Numbered from the whole stretch's first letter, positions 36,871-51,585 are shown. The stretch: 63,979 nt of DNA, filler included, from Squatina squatina (GCA_031763465.1; 3 parts of 3 records of this genome joined end to end with filler, not necessarily neighbours in it); one strand, 5' to 3'. Notes: generated by a model not told the origin, from the letters alone. Made by a program: numbers and translations.

Positions 36871-38159
36871 TGAAGGTCAAAAAACCCAAAGTTCTCGATG
36901 CTGGGATTGTGAGATCCTTGTGTAAACATCTTCACTTCATTGCTAACTGAAAATCCTGGGCTAATCTCAATCATTTGTCTTGTAAGGGTAAACCCATGAA
37001 GGTGAAGCTCTTGTCTGTTTTTGGTGAAATCTCCTTAGGTTCCTCTTAACTCCCAGCCAGGAGTTCGCACATGCAGCAGAAAGGATGACATGTTTGATCT
37101 CCAGAAGACTTTTAACACCCACCCTAACCCCAATCCACTATCCTTTCTACTCGAGAACAAAGAGCGATGGCTATAGATAAAGGATAGTAAGTATTCAGGG
37201 GTTCAGTGCCATCAGTACCACAAATTGTACCTTCTTATCAATCTTTTGATTCATACAAAGTCAAAAATGCATCAAAGATATGGTGCAGAATGAATAGCAT
37301 CGCGCTCAAATTGCGAGGGTACCTAAGGACTCAAGTTTTTGAGTCAATAAACAGAAAGCTTTTATTCAGCTGGTTGCTCCTGTTGGAAGATGTCAGGTTC
37401 TGTGTGTGCTGTAATCTGAGCACAGATTGTCATTTAGGGACACTGCAGCATAGAAAACATCAATATTCCAATACTTTGTTATTTTTTTAATTGCCATGAT
37501 TTACTGTTGAAAAATGGTTCATTCACATTTTATGTATTTTTCTTAAATGGACAAAACTCTATGGAGACCCATTGTACTTTACCTGTCCACTCAATTATAG
37601 ATCACAATTTTAATAGGTAATGTTTCAGAAAGCTTCAGTTTTATGAAAAATACCAGGCGCATGTAAAACAACACAAGCTCCACTCTGATTACCATTATGT
37701 GACAACAATTGAAGTCCCTCACAGAATAACGTACAGGTTGGATCAGTCCTACAATGATTTATGTAGGTGACCTACACATAAAGGTTCCCCATGAATGCAT
37801 GTTAAAAAATTCTTGGTGCTCCATACTTTATCATCCAAGTAGAATAATGATTGATGTCAATGCCTCACCTTATTTTTATGGTTTATCAGAAGTTTGCTTC
37901 ACATATTGTTTTGAGTGATATTCCTTTCAAAATTACTATTTCAGCACAAAACATCGGTTTCCTTTTTCTTTAAAATTTGAAAAACTTCATAAATTTTTTG
38001 AAGGATATTTCTAATATCCAACAAGATTAATGCAAATTTTCATTTTTTATGCTGTCTGATAGGATTTCAAAGGATCACGTAGAACTAATTCAAACTTTTT
38101 GGCCTAAAAATTGGATTGTGACAGAAAACAGGCCTGTAGGGTGTAGGGCCGGCTGCAGT

Positions 38160-38900
38160 GCCTGTTCAAATGGTCTCAGGAACCACTCATAATTGGTGTT
38201 GGTACAACAAGTGGCAATGCTGGAGGAGATGTTGCTCAGATTTCTTCACACCTTGTTCCCTTTTCCTTCTTACTTCTATCTCACCCTATATAATCTTCAT
38301 GACAAACTGCAGCTACCTTCAGCAGCTAGTCAACTCTCTCTGTTCTCTCCACACAGTTAACCTCTCTTTCATTTCATGTGCTCAAAATATGGACGTTCCT
38401 CCAACTGGAAGAGGAGACCCGACTTCCTGAAGATGCAGCGTGATTCGATCTGTTCCCAGCAGGCTCCAGCTCAGAGACTGGCACTAAGCAACCTTTAGAG
38501 GATAGGTTGGAGGAGGGGGTCTCCATGTGTTGAATCACCTGGCACAAGTGTGCAGGGGCTACAGCAGTAGCATAGGATGCCACAAGTGGCAGCTTACTGG
38601 AGTGCGGTGTCCCATACTAGCTCTGCTGCAGAGAGCTCAGATGCAGAGCTCTAGGCCCCAGGCTGTCAAAGAAGGCTGATGAGCATATATCAGGAAATGC
38701 TTGGTCACTGGGACGCCTAATAGTGAGCATGAAGGCGATGACTCAGAACATGGAGGAGTCGAGCTTCAACTTGTGTTGGTGCTTTGTGCAGATCATGGAA
38801 ATTATTTTGTCCAACGTGGAGCGAGTGGTCAGCTTTATGAATGTGACAGTGGCACCCACCATGATGGATGCTCTGCTGATAACTCTAACAGTTTATATGG
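38160..38900 (+). mobile_element. Possible decayed Harbinger Myb-like gene (C-terminal part)
   Basis: GC-elevated block with SMKAMTQNMEESSFNL...FVQIMEIILSNVERVV resembling the helical tail of such proteins. Recognition is weak. Confidence 0.3.
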
Positions 38901-41900
38901 CATAAACCTACTATATTGTTTCTTTGATCAGAGGACATTTCTTAGAGTGTGAACATTGATAGTGTTAAGTAAAAGTCGTTCTAGTTAATTCTCGAGTCTC
39001 CCTGGCTGTACATCGCCCTCAACCATTTCTTCTTCTTCTTCCTGCCTGCTACTCTAGGTACCCTTGTTGAGTAATTACTCCTCTATGGACAGTGAAACTG
39101 TGACATACCACAGCAGCAGATAATGTCAGGACCTGAGAGCTTATCAGTAATTCTGCCTGCCCAATTTCCCCAATCTGTCCAGTAAAAGGATCCCTGCTTT
39201 AGCATTGTTGTTCCACTGGAATTCATGTTGAAGCATGAGCTATGTTGTATCTGCATTCTGTCTCTGTCTGGAGGTTTCTCAACGGGGTCAGTAACTAGGG
39301 CTGCAGTTGGTGTCTGTAGAATTGTGCCCAAATTGAGACTGGATGGACAATAACCTGGGTTTTAAAATCGAGTCCTGTCAAGCAAAATGGAACCCGATGT
39401 TCAAAACAGGGCAGCANNNNNNNNNNNNNNNNNNNNNNNNNNNNNNNNNNNNNNNNNNNNNNNNNNNNNNNNNNNNNNNNNNNNNNNNNNNNNNNNNNNN
39501 NNNNNNNNNNNNNNNNAATGTTTTTTCATGCTTTAATTATTTTTTAAATTTTAATTAATCCTTACCCTGGTAAAAGCACGTCCTACGCCAGGCATAAAGG
39601 TTTTGTGGGCATTTGCTGGGAAGTAGTTGGGCAAATAGCTCAGCCCTGCGCCAGCAAGAGTGTTTTTAGGGCACATGCGGACGATCTGTCAAGCAAGTTT
39701 TGGCAGAATGTAAGTTCTGGGTTTTCTACAAGGTGCAGCACATACGGAAATCTGGAACTTACTGGGCTATTCTGAGGGCTTACAGCAGCCTACTGTGTGT
39801 GTACACTGTTATTGGCCCTGCAANNNNNNNNNNTATATTTGAAGAAAACTTATTTTGCTAAACTGCAAATGACCTCAGCTTGTCTCACTATTGTCCTTCT
39901 TGCAGTTACCTCTGGCTATATAATATTATGCCATCTAATATATAAAACAAATGGATTATGTGTTCATTCAAATGATTATCTTTTCTTTTTAAAAGAGATC
40001 CTGGGTGAGGGCTCCATTTAATAAAATTGCATTGAAATCAAACTCAGAGGATACTTTAAATATTTCCAATCTCCAGTTTTTCAGCATTCAGCTAAATAAT
40101 CCAAATATTTGGAGAAAACCAAATGAATCTGTAGAAACAATCAGAAGCCAGATTTCCCATAAGGAATTCAGGTTTTCAGCAAAAGTCTTGTTTCTAAAAC
40201 TTTGGCAAAGATTTTGCAATTCAGTCGGGATGTGGTTGAATAAACATCACAAATTAAAANNNNNNNNNNNNNNNNNNNNNNNNNNNNNNNNNNNNNNNNN
40301 NNNNNNNNNNNNNNNNNNNNNNNNNNNNNNNNNNNNNNNNNNNNNNNNNNNNNNNNNNNCCTGACATCTTGTTCTGTTGGTAGAAGGGTCTTATTGGCCA
40401 TAATTGCAGAGGGTAACCCTTGCTCTACCAGATAATTGTGCCTGGTATGGTAGAACTGTTTTATTTAGCTATGGGACCTGATGGTACACATGTCATGTGA
40501 CATAATAGGCAGCTCTTTCCTGCTCTTGCTGGTCCTTCTCTGCCAAATGCAATATTAGTGCAGCATTGAATCTAATCCACATAAGATTGCAAAAAAAGTG
40601 CATATTTTAGCTGACATATACAGCAGCTCAGCTTTCAATCAACTGTGAAGTAGGCAGATTGCAACAATGCTGGGTGAATATGGGAGATAGTAATACACTT
40701 CTGGCTGGGAGTGCCAGATCACAAAATCACTCCTCCAGTGCGCTTTCCATTATGCCAGAAACAAGCTTTACTGTTATGAATGTCCACAATCCGGTCATAC
40801 AGAGAACAAACTTTCCCTCAACAGCAATTTGGCAACTTGAGAGAGATGAGCAGGAAGCGTGCGTGCTAAATGGAACTCCCACAATTACTGTTCAGTATCC
40901 CACAGATATCGCAGGAGTTAGACTTAAGGCTAACAGCAATTTTCAGACTAATAGCTTCAATTCAGGTTGGAAGTCATGGGTGCTCGTGGAGGTTTTATTG
41001 CAGCAAATAGCATCAATCAGCATTGAGAGCCATTAACAAGCTACTAATTGGCATTATTAAGCAGTCTATGTTAAAATAACCACAAAATGTGAGTAATAAT
41101 AAATGTTTCTTCCAACAAGGCTGAAAACTCAAAAGTAGTGTTAAAACTGCCACCCGAAGAACTTTTCCTTTACTTTGCCCTGTCCCTCGAGCCAGCTGTC
41201 CGTCTGCCTGCTCAGTTGGAGAATGTTGTTTGATACAGTGAGATATAAAAAGGAAAGGATGTGGAAAATTATTCTTCAAACAGGCATGGGAGGGGCGGGG
41301 AACCTTTGCATTCTGAGAAAGAAATTATTCAGACAAATACAATAACTAAAGAGGCTTTGAAAAACAAATCGCTAAATATAGTTAGTTATTATTTAGTTGC
41401 AAGCAACNNNNNNNNNNNNNNNNNNNNNNNNNNNNNNNNNNNNNNNNNNNNNNNNNNNNNNNNNNNNNNNNNNNNNNNNNNNNNNNNNNNNNNNNNNNNN
41501 NNNNNNNATTAAAAAGTCTCCAAGATGATGAATCCATTGTTAAATCTACATGATGTTACCCATGGTTTCTGTTTTGGTTGTAGCACATCACATTTTACTG
41601 CAAGATTTATGAAGGCAATTAGAAGAGCAGCTGAACACATCATTCTGTTAGAATGAGCAAACATACCACTGTGCATGGTAATCATTTTTCTATTGGGCGG
41701 GAACTCTACATAAATCTCTCAATGTTGATATGCATGCTAATACAGATATGCAACAAGAAGTTTTTAAATTTTATTTTAAAATAGGTTTGCCATTAGGTCA
41801 AAATGGACTTGTCTAATGAGCATATTCTGCTGGCAAATTAAATAATTTCATTTAAGTAAGCAAACAGGACCTGTGGAAATTATCACATTCGGCTAACAAT

Positions 41901-43918
41901 GAAGAATATTTCCTTGTGCGCTTGGCGTAGTGAAATTGTAACACCTTCTATAAAAATGAGTTGATGATTTTACCACAGGTACTGCACAGAGGAAATCTTC
42001 TACCCAGTCAGCTGACATATTGATTGGCATTTTGAAATTGATATTTGCAACCTTGGCAAAACTCAAGGTAATTTGGAAAGCACCATTTACTGCAAGGTAT
42101 ACTAGGTATTCAATGTTTGGGTTATGATGGTTTGAACTAAATATTTATCCCTTGAAATCTTTAAATGACAATTTTTAAAAACAATCTTCAAAATAACAGC
42201 CAATAAAGTTCTGTTTGCAAATACACAAGGAACGAACAAATCATATTGGCCTGTAGTTTGCTGTAATAAGAATGGTCAGGCTATCATACTCACCATTAAA
42301 ACAGGGCAAATCTAACAGCAAATTCTGGTGTCCCATATGTGCAGTTAAGCACAGAAATGTAATAGTTGGTGTCAGTGATAACCGGCTCCTCCCCAGGGTG
42401 CACTGTTGCAGTCCTCACCAATAGACTCGGCACTGAAATCAATGCAATGGCGTGAAGTTAGGGTACTTGCCCCACTAGTTCTGCACTAAAGACGCCAGAA
42501 AAAGTTAGGGCTGGTGCATTCAGGAGTAAGTCCATTTTTAACAATGTGATAAGTGTTAATTACTGTCAAACAACCTCTCTGGCCCTGAAAAATGTAATTC
42601 TACAAGCATGGAATCGCATTCTTTCAGAATTTAAATAGTGTTGGAGATAATTTTTACTTTTCCTGTCTGTCTCTTTCATCTCTCTTAATCACATATGTCT
42701 TTCCCACTCTTTATTTCGCTTTCTGTACATGATTTAAATCTAATTTATACTTNNNNNNNNNNNNNNNNNNNNNNNNNNNNNNNNNNNNNNNNNNNNNNNN
42801 NNNNNNNNNNNNNNNNNNNNNNNNNNNNNNNNNNNNNNNNNNNNNNNNNNNNCCAAGATATTGGTTGACAAGACATTTGTGAGTGACTGTTCTATAACAT
42901 GATTTTGCTCTTGAGAGATCATTTGATGTAAATTAATAGAGACTCCACTTAAATTTGACTTCTGGCCATGCAAACAAGTTCAACCTGATATAATACAACA
43001 ATGTGTACATTTGCTATGAGTTATCATGCTCAAACTAACTTGTGTATTAATGTACAAGACTGGAAAAGACCACTGTACACCATCAGACCAGTGTATTGCA
43101 CGTAAGTATGACTCTGACAGTTAGTTGTGCATGGTTTTGAGTACATACAGAAGTATAGCAATGCTCTGGCGGTGGAAAGATGTCACACTGTAAACTCAAC
43201 TGTAAATTCAGCTAAGTTAATTTGTAGATTGTAAAGCTAATGCTAACTCAAAATGATAACAAAGATAAAAATTTGTCATGCTTTCTTCTGTGTTTGCAAA
43301 ACACTGCAGCAGGATAATGCAAATGGCGTTGCACCATGAATATATCAGTGCCTCTCATGCATATAACATAATTATAATGAAACAACATTTGGCTGATTTG
43401 CTTCCATCTCTCCCAAACAAGAATGCTGCACCTCTTTAAAGCTTAGCTGATAAATTTGTCAAATATGATTTATTTATAACACATTTTAACTGAATGTGTA
43501 AACACTTTTCAGTATTTAGAATACTTAAAGCTCTTGCTTAGCATGCCTTTCTATCAGGTCTCTTGTGAGTTGGTAGCTGTGGTAATAGGGGTGCACATTA
43601 TATGGTTTAATGAGATGGAAAATTAAAACAGCCAGCCTTTGCTGCAACTAGGAGACAACAAAGACACCCTTAAGAAAAAGATAGGAAGAATAAAAGTGCT
43701 GACAAGAAATATAGCATTAGCGGATTAGAGCAGTATTTGTCTCGGATAGTGGTTTAACTGTAATTACAATAGAGGCTGGAGAGGATTCCAATGGGAATAA
43801 AGGATAAATTTAGTGCTGNNNNNNNNNNNNNNNNNNNNNNNNNNNNNNNNNNNNNNNNNNNNNNNNNNNNNNNNNNNNNNNNNNNNNNNNNNNNNNNNNN
43901 NNNNNNNNNNNNNNNNNN

Positions 43919-44610
43919 ATCTCCTTCCCGTTTACTCACCAGGCTCAGCAGCTCTTCCACTGTCTTAGGACTATGCAGTGGAACAAGGAAGAAAGTTCCT
44001 GATGTGGCTGCCATTGTTACATTGTTACAAGCCTTACACTTTCCTTCACTATCCGCGTTAGATCATTAAACTTCTTGCGGCATTGAGAGCCTGTCCTTGG
44101 TGTTATGTCTATCACAGAGACTTCATTGGCCACTTCCATCCAGATCCTCCTTATGATCTTGGCACTTCCCCTTCTCCCTCCTACAAGGAAGAGCCTTGCT
44201 TCCCTCATCTCCACTGTGTTCACAAGTGCCTGAAGGCCCTCATCTGAAAAATAGCATGCCCTCACTCTCTCAGCCATCTCACTTTTATTGTACACACAAA
44301 GAAAGGTTCTTCTAAACTCTCCTACGCCTCCAAAACTGACCAAAGCAGTGGTTGTGTGTGTGAAAGTCCCCCCTTTAAGTATCGATGTGGGCTGATAGTT
44401 GATTGGAAGCAGTGAGGCCAACTGAATGGTGAAATAAACTAAGATAATCAGCGGTAAGCATGGGCCCTTTAGTGCTGAAATTAACATGTTTTTTAAATCT
44501 GTCTGACAATTTTTTTCGAAGTGCCGAATTGCAGGCCTTAACAAAAAATTTCAAAGACCTGAACTTTACGCTGCCCAAAAACTTGGAAAAACTGAATTGG
44601 GCACCCAAAA
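43919..44610 (-). mobile_element. PIF/Harbinger relic with an open Myb/SANT-like domain (ATG 44277 to about 44043)
   Basis: MAERVRACYFSDEGLQALVNTVEMREARLF...RRIWMEVANEVSVIDITPRTGSQCRKKFNDLTRIVK is a Myb/SANT-like (MSANTD/NAIF1-type) domain. Confidence 0.8.
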
Positions 44611-46288
44611 TATATAATTAATTGGCTGTGTAACTCTTTGAGACAACCAAAGGATGTGAATGGCATTGTATAAATGCAAATTCTCTCTTTTTTTCTGTTT
44701 CCCTTTAAATCTGCCCCTCTCTCTTTCTATAAGGATTACTTTAGTGGTGATAAATTCTGTAAATAAAAATGTTCCAGCTTTTTCAAGTATTGCTATCACT
44801 TTTAGCTTTCAAAAAAGCTTAGATTTTGACTATCAATAAAAAAAAATGTTGTGTAGGTGTTTTACTAATTTATGAAGATGTTCTGCCCTATGAACACATT
44901 TGTATTTCCCAAGTATATAATTAAAATAGTTCACATGCCAAAAATTACATTAATTATGCATTACATTTTCAAGGTATTTTGATTCTTCCTTGCGATTAAT
45001 ATTTCACTGGCATATCTATTTACAAATGATAACATCAATCTTCCTGTCTTAGGCAATCACAGTGGCTGGAACTAAAATTGCAAGATTGATTTCACTGCAA
45101 TTTATAAACAAAGGCATGCATGAGAAATATCGATCTTGGATAAGAAAATTAAAATCTGACAATCACATTTTAATTGGATTTTCAGGAAGTGAATTATTCT
45201 GGTTTTAAAAAAAACTTCATAAACAGTCTTGAAGCTAGTGATCTGCAGTTGGGCAACATAAGTGATGACATTATGATACAAAATGGAGGGTTAGAAAAGG
45301 TGATTTGGCTCATGGATGGTCATTTCTTCAATATCTTGCTCCCCCATGATAATTCCAAACACTTAGTGCCCTGTGAGTAAAGGCATTCTTCCTGATGTAT
45401 TTCAAATTTAATTTTACTAACTTTCATTTATGGCCCCTTATCCGAATGCTCTGATTCAATTTGACAGAATAATCTCAGGTTATCTTTATCTATATCATTT
45501 TAAAGTATGGTAAAACTAGATTATTACTTCACGTCAGTGCTGGCGTCGTCCACCCACTCATAACCTCTTAGGCAATTCTCATCTTAAAAACTGAAAGGTA
45601 GATTGTATCATTTATCTCTCTTCTGACTCTCCAATGGTAATACATCATTTCTATAACACCACGAGTACAGTAACTGTAATTCATGTTTTAGTATTGCTGG
45701 NNNNNNNNNNNNNNNNNNNNNNNNNNNNNNNNNNNNNNNNNNNNNNNNNNNNNNNNNNNNNNNNNNNNNNNNNNNNNNNNNNNNNNNNNNNNNNNNNNNN
45801 AAATATTGTCTACCATCTTGAAAATTCCATTAGTAGTAGGTATCAAAGTGAAATGCTACGGGGGGGGGGGGTATAAATTTCAATTTCTGACATGCTTGTG
45901 GCACTTTTGCGCGGAGCTTCCTGCTTCTAGCAGCACGCCAATACGAAAGACTTGGCTGCTGAAGCTCTAACTTCAAACCCAAATGTTTGTGTGTTTGAAA
46001 TCTGCTGCCAGATTAGATGCCTCATTTTCAGGCCTGTTCACTGCATGGACCTGGTTTTGTGTATTTGTGTCTTGATGCTGTTTTGTGTCAACACAAGCAC
46101 GCAGGCACACAAAACCAGCAGTATGTCAATTCCAAGGTCCTGCTGAATCAAGTAAGGTTGGCTAAAATTTGGGTGGGAGCAAGTGCAATGGAACAGTAAT
46201 CTGTCCTCTTACTCTAGTACTGTTTCAAGAGTGAAAATTAAGATTGATATTTTCTCCTCCAATTCCATCTCTATCCCAACCCTTGAAG

Positions 46289-46678
46289 GTAGAAGAACAA
46301 GGTGAAAAAGCATACGAGGTCCTTGGCTTTATAAGTAGAGACATAGGGTACATAAGCAAGGATGTTATGCAATACCTTTTTGTAAATCACTGGTTAGGCC
46401 ACTGCTAGAGTATTGCGTCCAGTTGTTGGCACCACACTTTAGAAAGAATGTTAAGACCTTGGCGCGGGTGCAGGGGATGAGCGACTTCAGTTATGTGAAG
46501 AGACTAGAGAAGGTGGTATTGTTCTCCTTAGAGCAAAGAAGGTAAAGGAGATAGAGGTGATTCAAAAATAAGGAAGGGTTTTGATAGAGTAAATAAGGAG
46601 AAATTGTTTCTACTTGTGGGTCAGTAACCAGAAGGCACGTATTTAAGATAATTGGCAAAAGAACCAGAGGGGAGATGC
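46289..46678 (+). mobile_element. Degraded CR1 ORF2 C-terminal fragment
   Basis: KKAYEVLGFISR..., KSLVRPLLEYCVQLLAPHFRK..., FSYVKRLEKVVLFSLEQRR, with frameshifts. Confidence 0.85.
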
Positions 46679-49600
46679 CAGCTTGACTGAGATCAGCTAT
46701 CTCCGCACAGGGTGGCGGTGGGGCACTATAGTTGACTACATTTCTTCGTATTGGTGAAAGCATTTCCAGGACTTACTGGGGTATAAATAAGGAGGTACTC
46801 CAAATTTTCCGACTTGACTTATAACTTGTGGAACTGAGGCTTTTGAATAGCACAAATGAAGCCCACTGACAGCAGTATAATTTGAAATATTGTGTGGCCC
46901 ACTGTTCTGTAATTACAAAGTACAGCATGACCAGTTTAGCTGGAAATTTTGTGCTGATGTGATGCAATGTGCACACATGTTTTAAAGTTGCAACAGGTAT
47001 TCTGTACTGAGGGTTTGCAGTATGCAAACATGGTGGCACCATGCAGGGTCAAATGCAGGGTCAGTAGGGATATCTTTGTGGTTGGAACAAATGTAATAAC
47101 GTGCTTCATTGTCTTGAGATGCAAATAAATGTGGCTGGGAAAAAAAATGGTTGGTTGAGTATACCCAGCTGATCATGTGTCTAGACTTTTTGCTCGCTTT
47201 ATCTATTAAGGTTTGAATGAATATTTTAGCTATGCAGCAATTTTTGGTTGCTATTCATAATTGGCGCTGGTTAATTTTTTTTGATAATGAAATTCCTGTT
47301 TTGAAAAGGATGGGTACAGTGCCTGAGAAGAGGGAACTATTTAAAATGTCAGATAGTAGGGGACCAGGATGGGAACTTGGGTGGTCAACAATTTATTGGA
47401 ATTGGGTCAAGGGAGCAGGAGTTGGGTCTCGTGGATAAGATATCATCGATGAGATCCTGAAAGTATATGGGAGACAAAGTGGGGAAAATTGTCGGTTCTG
47501 GGTTCAAGCAAGGGGGAGCCTGGAAACAATGGCATGGGCAAAATTCGATGCCTTTGGTCTTTCCAATGTTTGATCAGGCCTGTGCACAATAGCTGACACC
47601 AGGTGGACAACTGCATGTAAATGCATGATAGAGTTACTTGGCATTCAGTGTCCATCGGGATCTTTTCATTTGAGTACCATTCGAGTACTTTTTTGTTCCT
47701 TCCTGGACTTTATTTAATATACTTCTGAAGATGCAGAGATTAGCAGTTGAAGGAAATGAAATTTATTTTGGGTAACTGAGATTATATGACCATTAAATGT
47801 GCAAATCAATAGGAATGACTCTTACAATTTCTAGCTTTGTTGCCTCACAAAAATAAGCAAAGCCTTGAAGGTCCAGAAGTTATTACTTTATTAATTGCAT
47901 TCTACTGCCTGTCAACTTGCCAGTATGAATGGTTTAGTGTGTAGTACAGTAGGATGATTTTATTTTGGTTTGCACATAATTCTAATTTTAGTATTTGCTT
48001 GCATATGATCATCATTCACTCCAGCTCATTAACTAACCACCGTTCTTTAATTTATAAATGAAAATTTAAGCAAACGGATTATCTTCCCAGTAGTTTTGAT
48101 AATTGAAATCATGCATTCTATTCATCCTTTCAAATTTATAAAAGTGGCTACAGTCTGTATCATGGCAATAGAATTAAATTGACTTTTCTGTAATGTTATG
48201 TTCATAAAATCTTTGGCCTTGCATTGGTGTTCATATGTTAAGATCAATGCACAATTGCTTAAGATATTCATATTAAATTCGTTCGTGTGTCACTACCTAT
48301 TATAAGTTGTTTTAAGTGCAGTGACTTGTGTATGCAAGTTAAGCATTACCATACATTAAAATTATGATTTCCTTTTTTTCATATTTGTAAGATACCAATT
48401 TCTATAAGCAGTTTGCTGTGATAACAAATCTGTTCCTGTTAAACATAGAGAATATTGTGTACCAAGCCCAATTTGACAATTAAACCCAATTGATATCTAT
48501 TCACTAGAGATCATGTGGAATGCTTACATGTTTTTCCCAAAAGGAGAAAAATACCATGCCACCAGACCCAACTAGTTGCTTATATTTATTAATAAGTTAA
48601 ACAATACAGAATATACAGAAGCCAATACACAAAGTACTATATTTAAAAAACAATAACGTGGTATCAGTCCTTAAAGGCTTAAATATTCCAGGCCATAATT
48701 TGCTGTAGCAGGGCTTCTAACGGCATAGAAGATTGTCAGCTCAGCTGCAACAGGTCCTTGGACTAAATCAGGACTAGGTAATCCTAACAGTTTTAGTCTT
48801 GGCAGGGGATCCGAATACAATGGGTGATCATATATAATCATATCTTGTAGGTCTACCAAGAGTNNNNNNNNNNNNNNNNNNNNNNNNNNNNNNNNNNNNN
48901 NNNNNNNNNNNNNNNNNNNNNNNNNNNNNNNNNNNNNNNNNNNNNNNNNNNNNNNNNNNNNNNCAGAATTGCAGAAAAACTGAAGACTTCCACTTCCAGT
49001 TGTATTTTTGATGAATTTAGAGGGATTAATGTACATGGGAAGTCATTGGATTAGGAACAAAAGCACATTTGTGATTCAAAGTCTTCAACGTTTCAAACAA
49101 TCATGTTATCTTGGCTCTTACTGAAAAGGTAAATTTTGTGAGGCTGTGCTTATGATGGGAGTACGAAGGTCAGTGTGCTTGATTTGTGACGCTCCACTTT
49201 CCAGTCATTAATTTTAATAACCAGAAAACCTGGAGCTCTATCAATTGTGCTGACCTCCATGCCCAATTCTCCAATTGTTTTTCTGTCAAGCGAGACCCTC
49301 ACTTTGCAAAATTTACCCTTGTGCCTCTTATTTATTCCGCATCAGGCACAAATATAGAAATGAATGATGAGAACAGACTGAGCAGTGCAAGAGCACAGCC
49401 TGTATTGCCAGGAGGTATTGGGTGCAGATGTGATTCATACACTGCTGTGTTTGTAACCCGACCTGTGTTGTGAGAAGATGATAAGCTTTCCCCTGTATGC
49501 CATTTTAACATGGCAGTCTGTAAGAACATGAAGGTATAAGAAAGGAACAATCTAACTCATTCTGTATCAAAATACATTGTTGCTGAAATAAAAAACAGAA

Positions 49601-50056
49601 AATGCAAGAAACGCACAAAAGTTCCATCACTATTTGACAAAAATAATAGGTTAGCAATTTAATGAATGAAAAATATGCAGGGTACATAAACTCCCATGCT
49701 CAAATTCATAATCTGCACTCCTGTCATGCAAAACCCTGTGCTGCGAGTGTTAATTCATAAGATCTGCCCCAATATATTCTATCAAGATGTGACATTCATA
49801 TTTAGGTTGTACATCAGAAATCAGTAATTTTAAGAAAAATAAGCCCGCCAATGATATTAAAGATGAAAATATAAAGGGTATCTTGTCTTGAATATATTAA
49901 ACAATAATTTTGAATACTTTATGTTTAATAGGTTGTTTAGGAATTAAGCTGTCACAGGTTGTTACATTTTAAGATTAAATAATTTGTGTTTTGAATGAAC
50001 TTTTAGTTGACAATATTGTTGACTTAAATTTGTTTCCCCTCTCCTTTTCATTACAG

Positions 50057-50279
50057 GATTTATTTATACTTGTGGAGGGACACTACAAGGACTAAATGGC
50101 ACGATAGAAAGTCCTGGCTTCCCATATGGATATCCAAATGGTGCAAACTGTACATGGATCATTGTAGCAGAAGAACACAACAGAATACAGATTGTGTTCC
50201 AATCATTTGCTTTGGAGGAAGAGTATGATTATCTGGCATTGTATGATGGGCAGCCTCATCCTGTGAACTTTAGGACGAG
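50057..50279 (+). CDS. CSMD3: CSMD3 exon encoding the N-terminal part of the first CUB domain
   Basis: cttttcattacag|GA TTT ATT TAT..., 223 bp. (G)FIYTCGGTLQGLNGTIESPGFPYGYPNGANCTWIIVAEEHNRIQIVFQSFALEEEYDYLALYDGQPHPVNFRT(R), close to the CSMD3 CUB1 sequence I recall. Donor is AG|gcaagt (GC type). Not in the ORF track. Confidence 0.92.
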
Positions 50280-51585
50280 GCAAGTAATGTTTTGCATGGA
50301 CTCTAATGTGACCGTGCAACATCCTGCTTTAGAATTTAATCTGCTTCTGTAATTACCTCTGATTGGAACAGTCGCTGCACAAGAAAAAGGATTTCTTACC
50401 TTATAGAATGNNNNNNNNNNNNNNNNNNNNNNNNNNNNNNNNNNNNNNNNNNNNNNNNNNNNNNNNNNNNNNNNNNNNNNNNNNNNNNNNNNNNNNNNNN
50501 NNNNNNNNNNTTAAAACTTTCACTTGTCAAATGCCTTCCAAAATCCCCAGGAACTGTGTCCAATGGATGGCTCCATTTGTTAATTTAGTTGCATGCTGAA
50601 TGAATTCAAGCAGCTTTGTGATGTATGACCTATTAATTGTAATTGAATGCTGCCGTGTAGTGGCTACACTTTATCGTATTCTTGCACAAAGCTAGTATCC
50701 CATAAAATCCTTCCTTCCCAGTATCTGTCATTTGTAATTTACACTGTCTTAACTTTACGTTGAGTTATTTTTATTCCATTTCTAAGTTTTTGTCGCTAGT
50801 AACAACAGTCAGTGTGGATACCAACTGCATTTGACAGCTGATATCTTTGCAAGATGACTGACAATTATGATATTATTATGGTTTTATCAAGGAATTATCT
50901 GCAATTGATTAGTATGAACTTCTGATGTCTAGTGTACATTTCTAACAACTTTAATTATGTTAGGAGTTCACTGTACAATGTCCTTAACTCTGAAACATCT
51001 CGCAGGTATCAAAGTTTGTTTTAACATTGTTTTCTGTCACTCCCTGGTTGGTTTAGTGCAAGTTATGTCACTCCTAATTATCTGTAAATACAAACAAAAA
51101 AATCTTCAAGATTATTTTTGTATCACGTTTCAGAATAATCCTCCTGAACCTGAAATTTGAATATTGGTATGTGGTAATTTTTTTGAGGGCAGATGCGGTT
51201 TTTATTGTTTCCTGTTGCTGCATTTATTGCTTCAGCAATTTACCTTTCTAGAGTATATTGTCTTGAAATGCAATAAGAAAAAGCTTATGCAATTCTCGAT
51301 CCTGCAATCAAATTGGAAAGCGTTCAATAGAGAAAGAAAAGACAGTGTGAAATAATGGAATACCCAATTTACTCCAGAAGTGAAGAAGACTTAATAATTG
51401 ACGAGTGACAAATTCACGATAAAGGGCTTTCTCACCTGTTGAGTGTTGCTGTTTTCATGTTGCGTGGGGATAAAGTGCATTTTAATAGTCTATTTTTGTT
51501 TTTATTGTTTCCAAATCATTTTCTCCACAGGATATTTCTCAAACCATTGTGTGAAGCGACCAAATCCCGATTGCATTATCAGTGA

